From contig OZ024743.1 in the NCBI GenBank assembly GCA_964016885.1, positions 356,190,001 to 356,254,000 on the forward strand: a stretch of 64,000 nt of DNA, in the 5' to 3' direction. Positions 12,369 to 25,960 of this stretch are shown piece by piece. The notes under the pieces were generated by a model. The model had not been told where the DNA came from. It saw only the letters and a list, made by a program, of their open reading frames with translations, and did no database searches. The position numbers were made by a program, and so were the translations under genes. Each line of letters opens with the position of its first letter. Positions within the stretch are counted from its first letter, which is position 1. This DNA comes from Eledone cirrhosa (Eukaryota).

Positions 12369-15300
12369 GATTTCTTTATTAACCACAAGGGTTTACATAA
12401 AGTAGACATTAAGGACAGTACAGGACAATACATGACGGTACAAATGGGCATTTCTGCGTGTAAAAAACCAGAGTATGTAATAAAAATAACAATAAAAAAT
12501 TCCCCAATAGGGGGGAGACTTCCGAGGGACATTTGTAGAGAAAGCCCATTAAAAGGCCACAGTGACCCTGACCACCAGGGCAAGTGGACTCTCCCAGTTT
12601 TCCACCTTTAATTTAAAGACACATAATCAGAATAGGCGCATTCACTCGGCCCAAACTTGCTTCTCTCACCCATCTTTCAACAAAATGCTGGGAAGAGAGC
12701 ACTTCCCTCTCTACCCTGATTTTCCTTTTCAAATGAAATTTGAAAAAGTTAATCAGGGCATCACCGAAGAGGTAAGTGCTCGTTTTCAGCCCTTTCAAAC
12801 GTGTCCACCATACTATCTCTTTCGCCATGGCCACCAGACAGATAAAAACTGCTTGCCCTTCCCGGCTAAAGGAAGAGGGCGGGGCAATCCTCACGATGGA
12901 CTCAGCTGATAGCTCGATCCGTCCTACACTTGACAGCAGGTGTTCGACATAAACCCACAATCAGCAATGCTCAGACACTGGACGAGTGCGTGCAGGACGG
13001 TTTCGTCGCCCTGTGCACATCTCGGACATGCCCGGCTGACGGCACCTCCATGCCTGTAGAATTTATCCCGAACTGGCAAAGCTCCTCGGTAACACAGCCA
13101 GGCCAGTGATTTCTGGAAGTTGTTCATAGGCCCCGGCCCGAAAGTCCTTCCGAAGAGATTGGCTAGTTGATTTTCATCGACGCCTAGATTTTCTCCAAGT
13201 ACGTCGTCTCTCTTCCCCTCCACTAATCCTCTATAGAACGCCAAGGTGGAGTTTCCACCGATCACATTGCCCGATTGGTCGAGGGCTGTGAGCGGCTGAA
13301 GACATTCCAGTCACCAAGCGCTCCCTCTCGGTCTTCGCTTGACCCAGGACTGCAGCTCCGTCAAGGAGACGAGCTGGGTAAAGACGTGCCTAGCAAACGG
13401 CGACCACACCTGATCACCGTCGAGGAAGAGGTGGAGATGTCGTAGCCTAAGCGTGTGTTTGCGCATCATCAGCCACAGCACGCCCAGCCCTCCACGTAAC
13501 GTGTGTTGACAGCAGATGGACCGCCTGATCATCGGAGCGCACCCCTTCCAGAAAAAGCGAAAGAGCCAACGCTCCAGCGCAGTCAGGCGGGGCTTAGGAC
13601 AAGGTACGACGGTCAGGCGGTAGTAGATGACGGACGCGATGTACGCGTTAGCCACCTCCGCTCGACCTTTCACGTATAGCTTCCTCTCGGCCCATTTCTG
13701 GGTGAGAGAAGCCACCCTGCTCGTCACCTCGTCCCAGTGTTTGTCCCTCTGGAGGTCCGGACCGAACAAGACCTCTAGCAATTTAACCGGTCCGTCCGTT
13801 CAGCGCCCGACGACGCTGTTGGACGGCATGGACCTGCCTCTCCAGGTGCCGAGCTGCAGGCCCACTGACTTTTCCTGGTTATCATTGCTCCTGTCACCGC
13901 TTCGTATTCTCTTAGTGTAGTGCCGATCGCCTCGATGTGTTTGGCGTTCGACACCACTACGGTGACATCGTCCGCATATGCTGACACGGATCTTCCGCAT
14001 CCTAGTTCGCGCGGGTCCCCCCTCAACGTCTCCAGTTTGTGCAGTAATGGCTCGAGAGTCAATACGTAGAAGAGGGACGAGAGGGGAAATCCTTGGCGGA
14101 CCGAGCGCATGATGTTGAACGGTTCCGAAAGGTGACCGTTCACTCTCACCACAGAGCAGATGTCGCTGTGTATGGCAGCGATCTAGCCTCTGAAGACGGG
14201 CCCAATGCCAACCGCCCTCAGGACTGCCGCTAGGTAACGATGGTCGACCCTATCGAAAGCTATCGACTGATCTAAATTGATCAAGGACCCACCCGTGCCA
14301 GGTTCCCTAGCTACCCTCTCTACGATGTATCGCATGAGGTGGAGTTGTCGTGGATGGATCTGTCGGGAATGGCGCACGTCTGTGTCTCTCCCACCAGACC
14401 ACCAACGACAAACGCCAACCTCTTTGCTAGCACCTTGGCCCAAATCTTTAACTCTGTATTTTGCAGAGTAATGGGCCTGAAATGATCTATGTTATCCCCC
14501 TTGTTCGGATCCTATCTCAGCAGCGCCACAGCTCCTCGGCTCACAGAGCTAGGAATTCTTCCGTTATGTTGCCAGTTGCAGTAGACGTCTGCCAAGAGGC
14601 CTCCGAACAAGTCTGGCATCTGTACGTAAAGTTCATAAGGCAGACCATCCAAACCAGGCGATTTACCCCTTGTGCAGCCTGTCATAGCCTCCCGTACTTC
14701 AGCGGCTGTTATCGGCTTTTCGCAACACTCCGCCTCAGTGGCCGAGAGCCGCGGCAGTCCGTCGAGGTAGACACTAAAGTCCATCTGTCGATCCGGTCCG
14801 CCGCTTCCCCCGAACAGCTGAGCGAAGTGTCGCTGAAAAGCTTCCCACATTTGCCCGGGATCGAGTAGCATGCGCCCGTCGTGGTCCACCAAAGACCGGA
14901 TCGTGGCTTTGTTGCCACGATGCGCCTCCGCCACTCGGGCCCATTGAACGGCTTTCGTCCCCTCGTGTCTGAGAGCACGCACCCTAGCTCTGACAACGCA
15001 GCCTTCGTGCTTTGCATTGAAGAATTGGTCAAGCGCCAATCTCGCCGCAAGTACGTCGGTCGCGATGCCTTTGCTAAGCGCCTCGTCTAATTTTCTAACT
15101 AATTCTCCCTCTGCTCTATTTTTCTCTATTGCTAAAGCCTTACTAAACCTAATGGACTTTATTCTAATTGCTCTTTTCAGAGCAAACCACCACTTGTTTT
15201 TGACGATGGCCCCCGTCAACGCCCACTTAACTAGTTCGCTAATCCGGTCTCTGTAGGCCTTGCGCGCTGGTAAGGACGCGTTTAGCTTCCAGTAGCCGGG

Positions 15301-18190
15301 TCCTCGTCTATGAAGCCTATCTAAGTCAAGCTCACAGATCACGAATTTGTGGTCCGTGTAGCTGACTATCTTGAATTGTGGACAGCCTATGCTAGACCTA
15401 TCTATTTCCCTACAAAATACTCTATCTAGATATGATCTGGACGACCCTACGCGATTTGTCCAAGTCCACATTGGCACATTCGGGAAATCCAATCGGTACC
15501 TGTCAGACAGTTCAAAACGCCTGAGCAGGTTGGTGAGGCTCTTGCACCCTCTCCCCTAACCCACACAGTCCCAGCGTGCATCTAAGATCCCGTTCCAGTC
15601 GCCCACTAACACTAAAGAGCGGGACGTTCCAAGAAAGGTCTCCAGACGCCGGAACAAATCAGGCCGCCCTGCTCCTGTCGGGGCATAGACGGCCACTAGC
15701 CTGAAAGCTTGCTCGTCTCCGCTGGTCACGTCTAGCACCACCAACTTACCTCCTGAGTCCAGGAAGATGGCCCGTATGGCGAGATCCAAACCTCTCCGAA
15801 AAAAACACAGCAACTCCTCCCCCGATCCCGGACGGCTGGGAGATGCGTACACATCATAGCCGCCGAAGATCGGTGCGAAGGCCCGTGCTTCGGAGATACT
15901 GGTCTCGTTGATGGCCACTACATCTATGTTTAGTGACCTGAGGTCGTTGAGCAGGTGGCCCTGCTTCCATGACGACCCCAAGCCACGCGCATTTATGCTG
16001 CCTATTCTGAGTGAGGTCATGTTGAAATGGAGTGGAAAAGATGGGAAAGACCACTTACCTTTCTTCTCGTAGAGGAAGGATGGTTTCTCCATCCTTTTCA
16101 CTGCTTGTGGCCTCCTCCGGAAGGATGTCCTTATAAATCCTCCTGGAGAGTGTTTGTCGGAAGTCTCCGTTGTCTTTGGGTAATTTTTTGTTTTAGTGTC
16201 GTGTACGTTTTCTGTGTGATGCGAGTGATTTGTATGTGTGGAGGTGGTGTTAACTTTTGGGTTTTTGTGTAGTCTTTTTCTGTGATGCTGGTGTTGTGTT
16301 GCATGTAGTGTAATAATTGGTTGTTGTTCAAATCTAATGCTGTGTAGTGTGTATCGTTTTGGTTGTTTTGTTTTGTTTGCTTTTGTTCTGGGTTTGTTTC
16401 TGTTTCGCTTTTTGGTGACTTTTGTGGTGTTGGTGATGGTGGTGTTGGGGTTAATGATGGTGATGGTGTTGGTGTTTGTGGTGATGGGGTTGGTGATGCT
16501 GGTGTGGATGGTGGCATATCTGTCCTAAATTTGTTGTTTGATAATTTATTTGTTTCCCTCTGTATTTTGTTTTTGGAGAGGGGAGGAAGAGAATTTTTTC
16601 TTTTTTGTTTTCTTTTTTTCCTTTTTTCCTGATACCGTTTCCCACTCCTCGTCGTCACAATCTGTCTCCAGTTGCGATAAGCCGGGGAGTGGAAAATCCT
16701 CCACAGGCGTTGGTTTTGGTTGTGGCGTGGTGGATGGTGTAGGCGCTGGCGCGTTAGGTGGTGGTGGTGTTGGTTTTGCTACTGTTGCTGGGGTTGTTGT
16801 TGTTACAGTTGCTTCTGTTGTTGCTGCTACAGTTGTTGCTGCCATCCCTGCTGCTGGTTGTGTTGATGGTTGAGTCACTGGGGTGGGTAAGAGAGGCGGT
16901 CTCAACCTTTTAGCCTGAGGGCAGAAAGCCCTTAGGTGGGTTCTTTCCTACAAACGACACACCTAGGCCTTCTGCCCTCGACGATTACGGTGACGTGGCT
17001 GCCGTCAGTGAGATCTATTACCTCTGGGATCTCCTCAATGCTTTTTATGGTGCGCTTGGATCAGGAGCTCCATCCCAGATCCGGACCAGTTCTCCTGCTT
17101 TTCTTTCGCTATTTCGATTATCTTGGTGTTGGCCTCGATGCCGGCGAGGACGGCAGCCATTAGCCAGGGAATTTCGATTGCCGGTGGAATGTGGGTCACC
17201 CTGATATTCACAAGTCACTGGCCACAATAGCTTGGGACGAGCGTGAAGTCGTCACTTCTTAATGGGGCCATGGAGTCTTCTATAGCCTCCTGTGGTGTTT
17301 CAAAGAACACGTCCACGGTTCCATATTTCTGCCCACGTCTGATGTGGGGTTTTTTTTGCCCACACATGTCCCAAAGCTTTTTGGATTTGGGACTCGGATG
17401 CCCGTTCCACTCAGCGCGATTTTATGTTAATTGTCCGATAAGACACGGTGCATAGGCGACGTTGCTCCATTTTATTAGGTGTGTGTGGGGGGTGGGGTGG
17501 TGACGCTGTACCCATCTTTCTTTAACATTCCTTTGGCTTCTTCTAATTCCTCCTGAGTTACCTGGATCGCTTCGCACGTTTTTGTTACTCTGGCAAAAGT
17601 CAGGGTAGTTTTCTTAATTTCATTGTTGTTGTTGTTATCGTTATTTTTGCTATTGTTAATTTTAGTTTCAGTTGTGGTGGTGGTGGCGTCAGTGGTGTTC
17701 GGTGTGGAAGAGTTCATTTTGGTTGAATTCATTTGGATATCACGAGTTAATTTATTTTTTTCTTTTGTTTCTGTTGTCCCTGTGGTGGTGGTGGTGGGGG
17801 TGGCGGCTTTAACACCTGCAATCATTGGTAATGGCGGGAAATGAATGTCTGCCTGAGACAAATTTAAAATATTGCTACTGCTTATATTTTTAGTGTTGGC
17901 AAACGTAGTAATATTTACAATGGTGGTGTCGGTGTGAGGTGTTGGTTTGTGAGGAAGTGTGAGTCGGCCATGATTTTTCAAAGAAAATGTTTTTTTTGTT
18001 TGCTAATTATAAAAAGTTTAAATTTTGGGCTCAAGGCCCCAATCTTTTTGAGTGTCCTTTTCAGAAATCAATGTATGTGCACTTTTATACAATTAACAAT
18101 AAAAATTTTCCATAAATGGCAATTTTAAACAACTGGAAATAACAAACCTTTGCGGAGCTTACGATGATACGATTTACTATGTAGGTCGCC
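12369..18190 (-). mobile_element. Full-length but decayed Tx1-clade (L1 group) retrotransposon in (TAA)n
   Basis: ORF1 pieces 17981-16131 (P/T-rich, VEGRRPRC knuckle); ORF2 pieces about 16020-12613 with APE (VGDWNG, YLDR, TDHK), RT (SPGLDG, AFDRVDH, YADD) and CPRC..H..C; AATAAA then (TTA)n at the 3' end; in-frame stops and frameshifts. Confidence 0.93.
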
Positions 18191-18247
<57 letters not shown>

Positions 18248-18252
<5 letters not shown>

Positions 18253-19004
18253 TGACCAAGCCAACATTATAAAAAATGGATGCAGCCCATTATGCCGTGT
18301 ATGTAAAAAACAACCAGAGACCATTGATCATATAATTTCAATGTGCAGTCCTATAGCTCCAACCGAATACCTAAACAGGCATGACAGAGCTGCACAATAC
18401 ATACATTGGATAATGTGTAAGCATTTTGACCTGCCCCATCAAAACAATTGGTGGGAGCATCAACCACTTCCCATACTTGAAAAAGAACACATCTCAATCT
18501 TGTGGAACTTTAGCATCCAAACAGACCGAAAAATAGATGCAAATACACCTGATATAATACTGAATGACTTTAAAAAGAGCGTATGCCTGCTAATTGATAT
18601 GTCCGTTCCAATAGACAAGAATGTTTCTATAAAAACAATTGAAAAATTGAGCAAGTATAAGGACCTGGAGATAGGAATTGGGAAAATGTGGAAATTGAGA
18701 ACTAAAACAATACCAGTGGTTGTAGGCGCCCTAGGAATTAATCCTAAGGGGTCTAATGATTACTTATCGCAAATCCCAGGAAACCCGCGTATAGGAGAAA
18801 TACAAAAGATAGTACTAATGGGAACTGCCGATATACTAAGGAAGATTCTGTCAATATAAGTACATCACGAGTCTAAACACCTAAAGATGCATGTGTGTGT
18901 ATGTATGTTCTTTCTTGAACATGGCGGACCTTGTTGTCTCTTGCGGTCACTGGTTGTGACTTGGTGATAACTCGTATGAACATAAAGCAAGATAAATGCA
19001 GCTG
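18248..19004 (+). mobile_element. R4/Dong family A, second shorter copy
   Basis: Near-identical to 10665-11410; ORF 18341-18859. Confidence 0.92.
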
Positions 19005-19030
19005 TAATAATAATAATAATAATAATAATA

Positions 19031-19217
19031 AAAAGTTTCCAGGGATGGTTAAAGAAAATTGGCCCCGTCCCGCTTTTTGGAACACTTCAAAAGGCATGCT
19101 TGCTGGGAACAGCAAGAACCCTCCGATACGTCCTGAATATCTGAGGCTGCAGGTAGTGGCTTGATATTCATTTCAACAAACTTTCCAGTTAACTAACATC
19201 AATGACTGAGACTCAAA
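19031..19217 (+). mobile_element. R4/Dong family B, second very short copy
   Basis: Near-identical to 12160-12346. Confidence 0.9.
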
Positions 19218-19249
19218 GAACAATAATAATAATAATAATTAGAATAATT

Positions 19250-19875
19250 ATTTTTACTTTTGGCACAAGGCCAGCAGTTACTCAGTGCATTACTGGTACT
19301 TTATTTTATCGACCCCGTAAGGATGAAAGGTAAAGTTAACCTCGACAGGATTTGAACTCAGACCGTAAAGGGGCGTAACTATGCTAGAAAGCATGGTGTC
19401 CAACCGTCTACCGATATTATCAATATTAGAATAATGATATTGATGTCTAGTATAGGCACTAGACCAGTAATTTGGAGGAGGAGGGTCGATTAAATCAACC
19501 CCAGTACGTTACTGGTACTTTATTTATCGATCCCGTAAGGATGGAAGGCAAATTTAACCCCGGTGTGATTTGAACACAGATCATAAAGGGCCGTACCTCT
19601 ATTCTGCATAACATGACGTCCGATCCTCTACTGATACTGCCGATCCAATAATAATAATAATTCTTTCTTCTTTAGGCACAAGGCCAGCAATTTTAGGACG
19701 AGGGAAAAATCGATTAAATCGACCCAAGTGTATTATTGGTGCTTTATTTATCGACCCTGTAAGGATGAAAGGCAAAGTTAACCTCGGTGGGATTTGAACT
19801 CAGACCGTAAATGGTAGTAACTCTATGCTGCAAAGCATAGCATCCGACCCTCTACCGATACTGTCAATCCACTGC
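19250..19875 (-). mobile_element. Three tandem tRNA-derived SINE copies (Meta/MESC-like central domain)
   Basis: Repeated ACTGGTACTTTATTTTATCGACCCCGTAAGGATGAAAGGCAAAGTTAACCTCGG..GATTTGAACTCAG; reverse complement of the copy at 31483-31670. Confidence 0.8.
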
Positions 19876-20331
19876 GATTACAATAATAATAAGGCGACTA
19901 CAACAACTACTATGACGACGACGACGCTGACGACAACTAGCAGCTGAGCAAGCATTAATTATCATGCTTACATATGCAGTGTAAATTAATCATCATTAAC
20001 TGAGCCCAAATCATAGATGAGATGAGAGCTAACGTAATGTGAAGTGACAAATTTGATCTGTCGTCTTCGTAATTAGTGGTCAACGAGGGCATTCCCTCTA
20101 TGAGACCAAACTACATAAAAATCGATGGTTTGCTGATGATAGCTCTTTGTGTGCATTAATGTTTGTTTGTATATATATATATATATATTAAATATATATA
20201 TATATCGATAGATAGATAGTAATCAACAAACACACATACCTATCATTAGCACACCATATATATGTATACACAGGCATACATATATACATGCATATACATA
20301 TCTACATATCTGTATCAATTATCTATCTCTA

Positions 20332-20383
<52 letters not shown>

Positions 20384-21054
20384 TCATCGATATATATATA
20401 TATACATGCGTGCTGATGATAGCTATGTGTGTGCATTCATGTGTGTTTATATATATATATATATATATAAACATATATGTATGTATATATGTGTGTGTAA
20501 TGAACACTATGAATTATTCACTAATGCTGTATCCTGATATCTGTGTGTGTCTGTGTTTTATTTTCGATATATGATGTTTGCGTATATGGATAGATGGCCA
20601 TTGGTTGTTCGACTGATGGATGGAAGGATGTTTGAATGTCTTACAGATTGGATGGATTGTTAAATTGATCGCTGTTTATTTGGATTAATGGCTTCGCAGT
20701 GTTTGATCAATGGATTGTACAGTGAACGTAGTAGGCCATGGAACTATGTGACATACAGGGTTCAGCATAGATGTTCTGTGTCATGTGGTCGAATTACGCT
20801 GAAGTATAATTCATATTTTTCTCCCAAGAATATATTTGAGACAATGAAAAGCTTTAGATATTTAATGCGACTTGATTGAAAACGATTCAAAGTCTGAATA
20901 TGGTATGACTTCTTGTTGTTGGTGTGTCCAATCAGATAGAAACCTCGAATATCTTATATCTGGCGTTCTCGCCACTCTATTCGTTACTTGGCAACAATTA
21001 AAAAGAGTATAATGTTCTTTGAGACTAACCCCTATGTAGGTAAAAGTAATAATT

Positions 21055-22390
21055 GTTTCTACTTTTGGCACAAGGCCAGTGCATTACTGGTGCTTCATTT
21101 TATCGACCTCGTAAGAATGAAAGGCAACGTTAACCTCGGCGGGATTTGAACTCAGATCGTAAAGGGCCGTAACTCTATGCTGCAAAGCATAGCGCCCTTC
21201 CCTCTACCGATATTGCTAGTAATAATGAGAAGTGGTGGCGTTCATTTTTTCCAAGTATGTTATACTAATAGAACCGACAATAGAAATGAAACGGCCTGCA
21301 ATGATCACCTAATGTACGTCATTAGATATTCTTCTGAAAGGTCTGAATTTCACAATTTAACTATTTCTTTTCTCTATATATCTGAGACTCTCTCTACAAA
21401 AAATTGCTTTAATAAAGGTGGTCTGAAGCTTTTATGATTCCCAAACTCCATCGATTTAAATTATTTTTGTCATAGGTATATAACCATAATTTGTGGGAAG
21501 GGCGTATACTGGATAAAATCCCGCGTACCTCTTAATTAGTATGTTCGAGGGGTAAAATTAATTTAGGTAGGACTTGAAAACAGAACGAAAAGATTCTGTT
21601 AAACAGCATAGAAGATTTTCTGTCCTCATCCTGCTATTCTACTTACCTTTTATACAATTTCCATAATAAACGATTCCAAAGAATCAGAATGTCCAAGTTG
21701 AAAGATCGGGTGACAAAATTCCCTGTCGTGTTTGCTTGGATGCATTTTTTTTCATTTTCATTTAAAATATCGCTGGGTTTTCAATATTTGTAAAGTCTTT
21801 AAAATAACTTAAGCAGGTGGTCTTCAATTTTTAAGGAAGGAAAGTCGGTTACACTAACCCCTGTGCTTCATTAGTACTTTATTTTATCGACGCCGGAAGG
21901 ATGAAAGGCAAAGTTGACATCGGCAGGGTGGGAAATGAGAACGTAAAGTGCCGTAACTAAATTCTGTAACGCCAATGCCAATACATTATAATAACTGTTT
22001 CTACTTTTGGCTCAAGGCCAGCAATTACCCCAGTGAATTACTGGTGCTTTATTTTATTCACTCCGTAAGGATGAAAGGCAAAGTTAACTTCAGTGCATTT
22101 GAACTCAGAACGACGCAAAGGGCCATAACTCTCTGCTGCAAAGCATGAGGTTCGACACTCTACCGATACTGCCAATCCACCACCCTTATAATACATAATA
22201 ATAATTGTTTGTACTTTTGGCACAAGGCCAGCAATTATCCCAGTGCATTACTGGTACTTTATTTTATCGACCCCGTAAGGATGAAAGGCAAAGTTAACCT
22301 CGGCGGGATTTGAACTGAGAAAGGCAAGGGCCGTAACTTTATGCGTCAAAGCATGGCGTCCGACCCTCTACCGATACTGCCAATCCACCT
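21055..22390 (-). mobile_element. Cluster of four copies of the same SINE family (about 21055-21215, 21840-21975, 21995-22182, 22205-22390)
   Basis: Same core and GGCACAAGGCCAGC tail, separated by short TAA runs. Confidence 0.8.
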
Positions 22391-22806
22391 CTTACATAAT
22401 AATAATGAAAACAAGACAGAATTACAAATGGAGGGTCAATAAGTAATAGGAGAAATAAAATCAGTGCAATGTCGGCAAAAATGTTAACAGAAAATACAAC
22501 AACGGCGATGACAAAAGCAACATCACCAACAGTCATAACAATCAAAATGGTGACAACAACAGCAACAAGAGCAGAAACACAACCTTGACACCCTCCCCAC
22601 CATCACCACCACCACCACCAGCAAAACCAACAACAATAAAAACAAAAACATAAACAACAGCAACAACCACAGTGCAACTAACAATGACAGCATATTGTAC
22701 TAATCAAAAGCGAAGTTTAATAGATGGGAAAATAACTCAATTTTTTTTAGTCCAGGCTCCGCCAAAGTCACACCTTTATATTCTCCCCACCCCGGTTCTT
22801 TTGGTG

Positions 22807-22841
22807 AGAAGAAGAAGAAGAAGAAGAAGAAGAAGAAGAAG

Positions 22842-22871
<30 letters not shown>
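22807..22871. repeat. (GAA)n microsatellite
   Basis: Direct reading. Confidence 0.97.
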
Positions 22872-22872
<1 letters not shown>

Positions 22873-23044
22873 GGAAAGATTAAAAAAATTTGATATTTGT
22901 AGAAAAACACATAAAAAGGAAATGGAGTTTATGGTGTGAGAGTGTAGGGTAGGAGCTCACTTAATATAACATTGTAATTAAAATATTAATTTTGATTTAG
23001 GAAACAGAAAAATTGAACTATGTAATTATTATTATTATTATCAA

Positions 23045-23657
23045 TATCTTTTTTGGGGGGTCTTCTGGAACGATCCGGCAGTTTCAACTGCCTGGAAGTG
23101 CCGTCAGCCGGGCCTGTCCGAGATGCGCGCAGGGCGACGAGACCGTCATGCACGCACTTCTCCAGTGTCCGAGTATCGGTGACATATATGTATATGTCAA
23201 GCATCTTCTGTCGCGTGTAGGATGGCTCCATCTATCAGCTGAGTCCATCGTGAAAATGGCCCCGCCGCCCTCCTTTAATCAGAAAGGACAGGCAGGTTTT
23301 ATCTGCCTGGTGACCATGATGAAAGAGGTCGTATGGTGGACCCGTCAGAAAGAGTTGAAGACGGGATCTTTTGTGGGCTTTTTCCACGAGTAACCCTGGC
23401 TGGTCAGCCTCCCATTGGGGATTTTTCCTTTGTTTCAACTTTTTTGTTACATTTTTTTGTTTATGTTTCCCTTTTGTTTTGTTTTTTATACGCAGCAATC
23501 CATATTTGTACCGTCCTGTACCGTCCTATACCGTCCCGTATCGTCCTGTACCGTCCTATACCATCCTGTACCATCCTGTACCGTCCCCTACCGTCATGTG
23601 CTGTCCTTCATGTATTTGTTTTTGTAAGCCCTTTTTTGGTTAATAAAGAAAGCATTA
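23045..23657 (+). mobile_element. Tx1 3' fragment (zinc finger plus 3' UTR), related to the 12369-18190 element
   Basis: AVSRACPRCAQGDETVMHALLQC..KEVVWWTR; ends GGTTAATAAAGAAAGCATTAT; preceded by (TTA)n; 10-bp GTACCGTCCT tandem array in the UTR. Confidence 0.85.
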
Positions 23658-24704
23658 TCGGTTGGCTTTACCTTTCATCTTTACAGGGTTGATAAATAAA
23701 GTACCAGTAATACACTGGTAAATTGCTGGCCTTGTGCCTAATGTAGAAACAATTATTATTATTATTTTCAGTGTTATTATTGTCGTCATCACCATCATCG
23801 TCTTCAACTCCTACATCCCGCTCCTCATCAACATCATCATCAAGATCCCCACTATATCTTACCCTCATGACTCTGTCTCTATATTTTCATTACTGTTCCT
23901 CCCCTTCTTTCTCTCTCTCTCTCTTTCGCACTTTGTTACGTTATCTCTTCCCTTCCCTCTGAATATATAGCACATACACACACACACACACACACACATA
24001 CATAAATATATATATATATATAACGATTACTCCCTATCTGTACCAACCAGTGTACATTGCTCACTCTCTCTCTCTCTCTGTCCCTCTCTCTTTCTCTTTC
24101 TGTATCGCCCCTCCCCCTCTCTACCCCTTTCCCCCTCTTTGACATGTTTCCTCACTATCTCTGCATGTCTTTATCTGTATACTAGGTTTATATCAGTCAT
24201 TAAATAACAATGTTTTAGCTTTCAAACCTTGCCTCAATATTTCTCTATTTCAGATTTCTTGATAGATTAATAAAAAAAAAATGTACATTTCTATTATGAT
24301 TCTTAAATGCAATACAATGGGAGGTATTAAAATATATAAGAGATTAGAAAACAAAGGTAGGAATGTAATTAAGTTTGTCTCGTCACCACTATCACCATCA
24401 TAACCTAAGTCATCATCAGTTTTGTAATTATCTTCCTTATTATCGCCACCACTATCTATCATTACCGTCATCATCATCATCATCGTTGTCATCTACAGCA
24501 TCATCGTCATAATGATTACTTGCGCGATAAACACCATCGCCTTCACCTCTTCATTACAATAATCATCAACATCGTTATAATCATCAGGATATTCATCACC
24601 AGCACCCACATTGCCACCCCCATCATCAAGATCATCATTGTCAGCATCACCCTTATTGTCTTCCTCTCCAGCCACCACATAGTATTTTTATGATGATTAT
24701 TAAT

Positions 24705-25085
24705 CGGAAGAGTGGCAGAGTTGTTACAGTGAAATTCTTTGAGGTAGTTGTTCTGGCACTTTGCTTTGGAATTGAATTCATCCTTTCGGAGTCAGTAAGA
24801 TAAAGTACCAGTCACGCACTGGGGTCGATTTAATCGACTTTCGCTTCCTCCAAAATTGTTGGCCTTGTGTCTAAATCAGAAACTATTATTGTTGTTATGG
24901 TAGATTGGCAGTATCGGTAGAGCGTCAGACACTATGTTTTACAGCATAGTTATGGCCTTTTACGTTCTGAGTTCAAATCCCGCCGAAGTTAACTTTGCCT
25001 TTCATCCTTACAGGGTCGATAAAATAAAGTACCAGTAATGCAGTGGTTAATTGCTGGCCTTGTGCCAAAAGTAGAAACAATTATT
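24705..25085 (+). mobile_element. Two tandem SINE copies of the same family
   Basis: A box TGGCAGTATCGG, B box GTTCAAATCC, core and tail. Confidence 0.75.
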
Positions 25086-25239
25086 GTCATTATTTGAAAC
25101 TTCATTTGACTTCTGCTTCTTTCCCATATCTTGCCGAGTGTCAACCTGACACCTGCGGCAAAATTAGGTAATATGTTCATTAAATCAATTCTTATACAAA
25201 TAATACCTTAAGGGAACAAACAAAAGTAAATATCTTTGC

Positions 25240-25960
25240 ATGGTTTTTAAATTGATAATGGACTTCTCGGGATAGTCAGATTGCCATTACTGTATCTCTT
25301 GCAGAGATAGCTTTCCAAGGTATTTGGTTCAAATATTTTTTAGTTTTCTTTTTTATCATTTGAAGTAAGCCTCCTATCACTGGTATTGGTTTAAGATGCC
25401 ACATTTTCTTAATTTCAATTATCAGATCTTTATATTTACTGAGCTCTCGGTACACTTTGTAGGAGATAATACTATCTGATGGAATGTTCATGCCTATTAA
25501 GAAGCATGTTTTCTTTTTATAGTCCTTCACATTTATAACACAGGAAAATCCCGTAGGATTTTCACATTCTCGTCTCCTGTTACTCTATCGAAGTGATGGT
25601 TGTACTATTTTCCCTCTGTTTTTATGATACATTACCCAGTGTAAATATTGCCTTACTCTATCATGCGGCATTTCATATTCCTGGGGAGCTAATACTTTGC
25701 TGCTTGAAACAAGGTTGCCAATAGTTTCAATATGCTCAATACAGAATCACATTTCAATGACATTTCAATCACGTTGGCTTGAAAGTTACGCGTTGAAAAG
25801 TTGCTACTGTGCAGCCAAAATTAAGCCACCACTCTTTGCCTTCAGTCCAGAAATCCGCATCCACTGATAGGTGAGTTTTATCTACATCGGGTTCTTCGTT
25901 ACTGAGAACATACTACCTATGCAGTGGTTTTTGCTCTCATTTAGTGCACAGATTCCGCTC
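25240..25960 (-). mobile_element. Old degenerate R4/Dong 3' fragment
   Basis: ELSKYKDLIIEIKKMWHLKPIPVIGG; upstream remnants of SGLILAAQ and ETI..LVSSC. Confidence 0.7.
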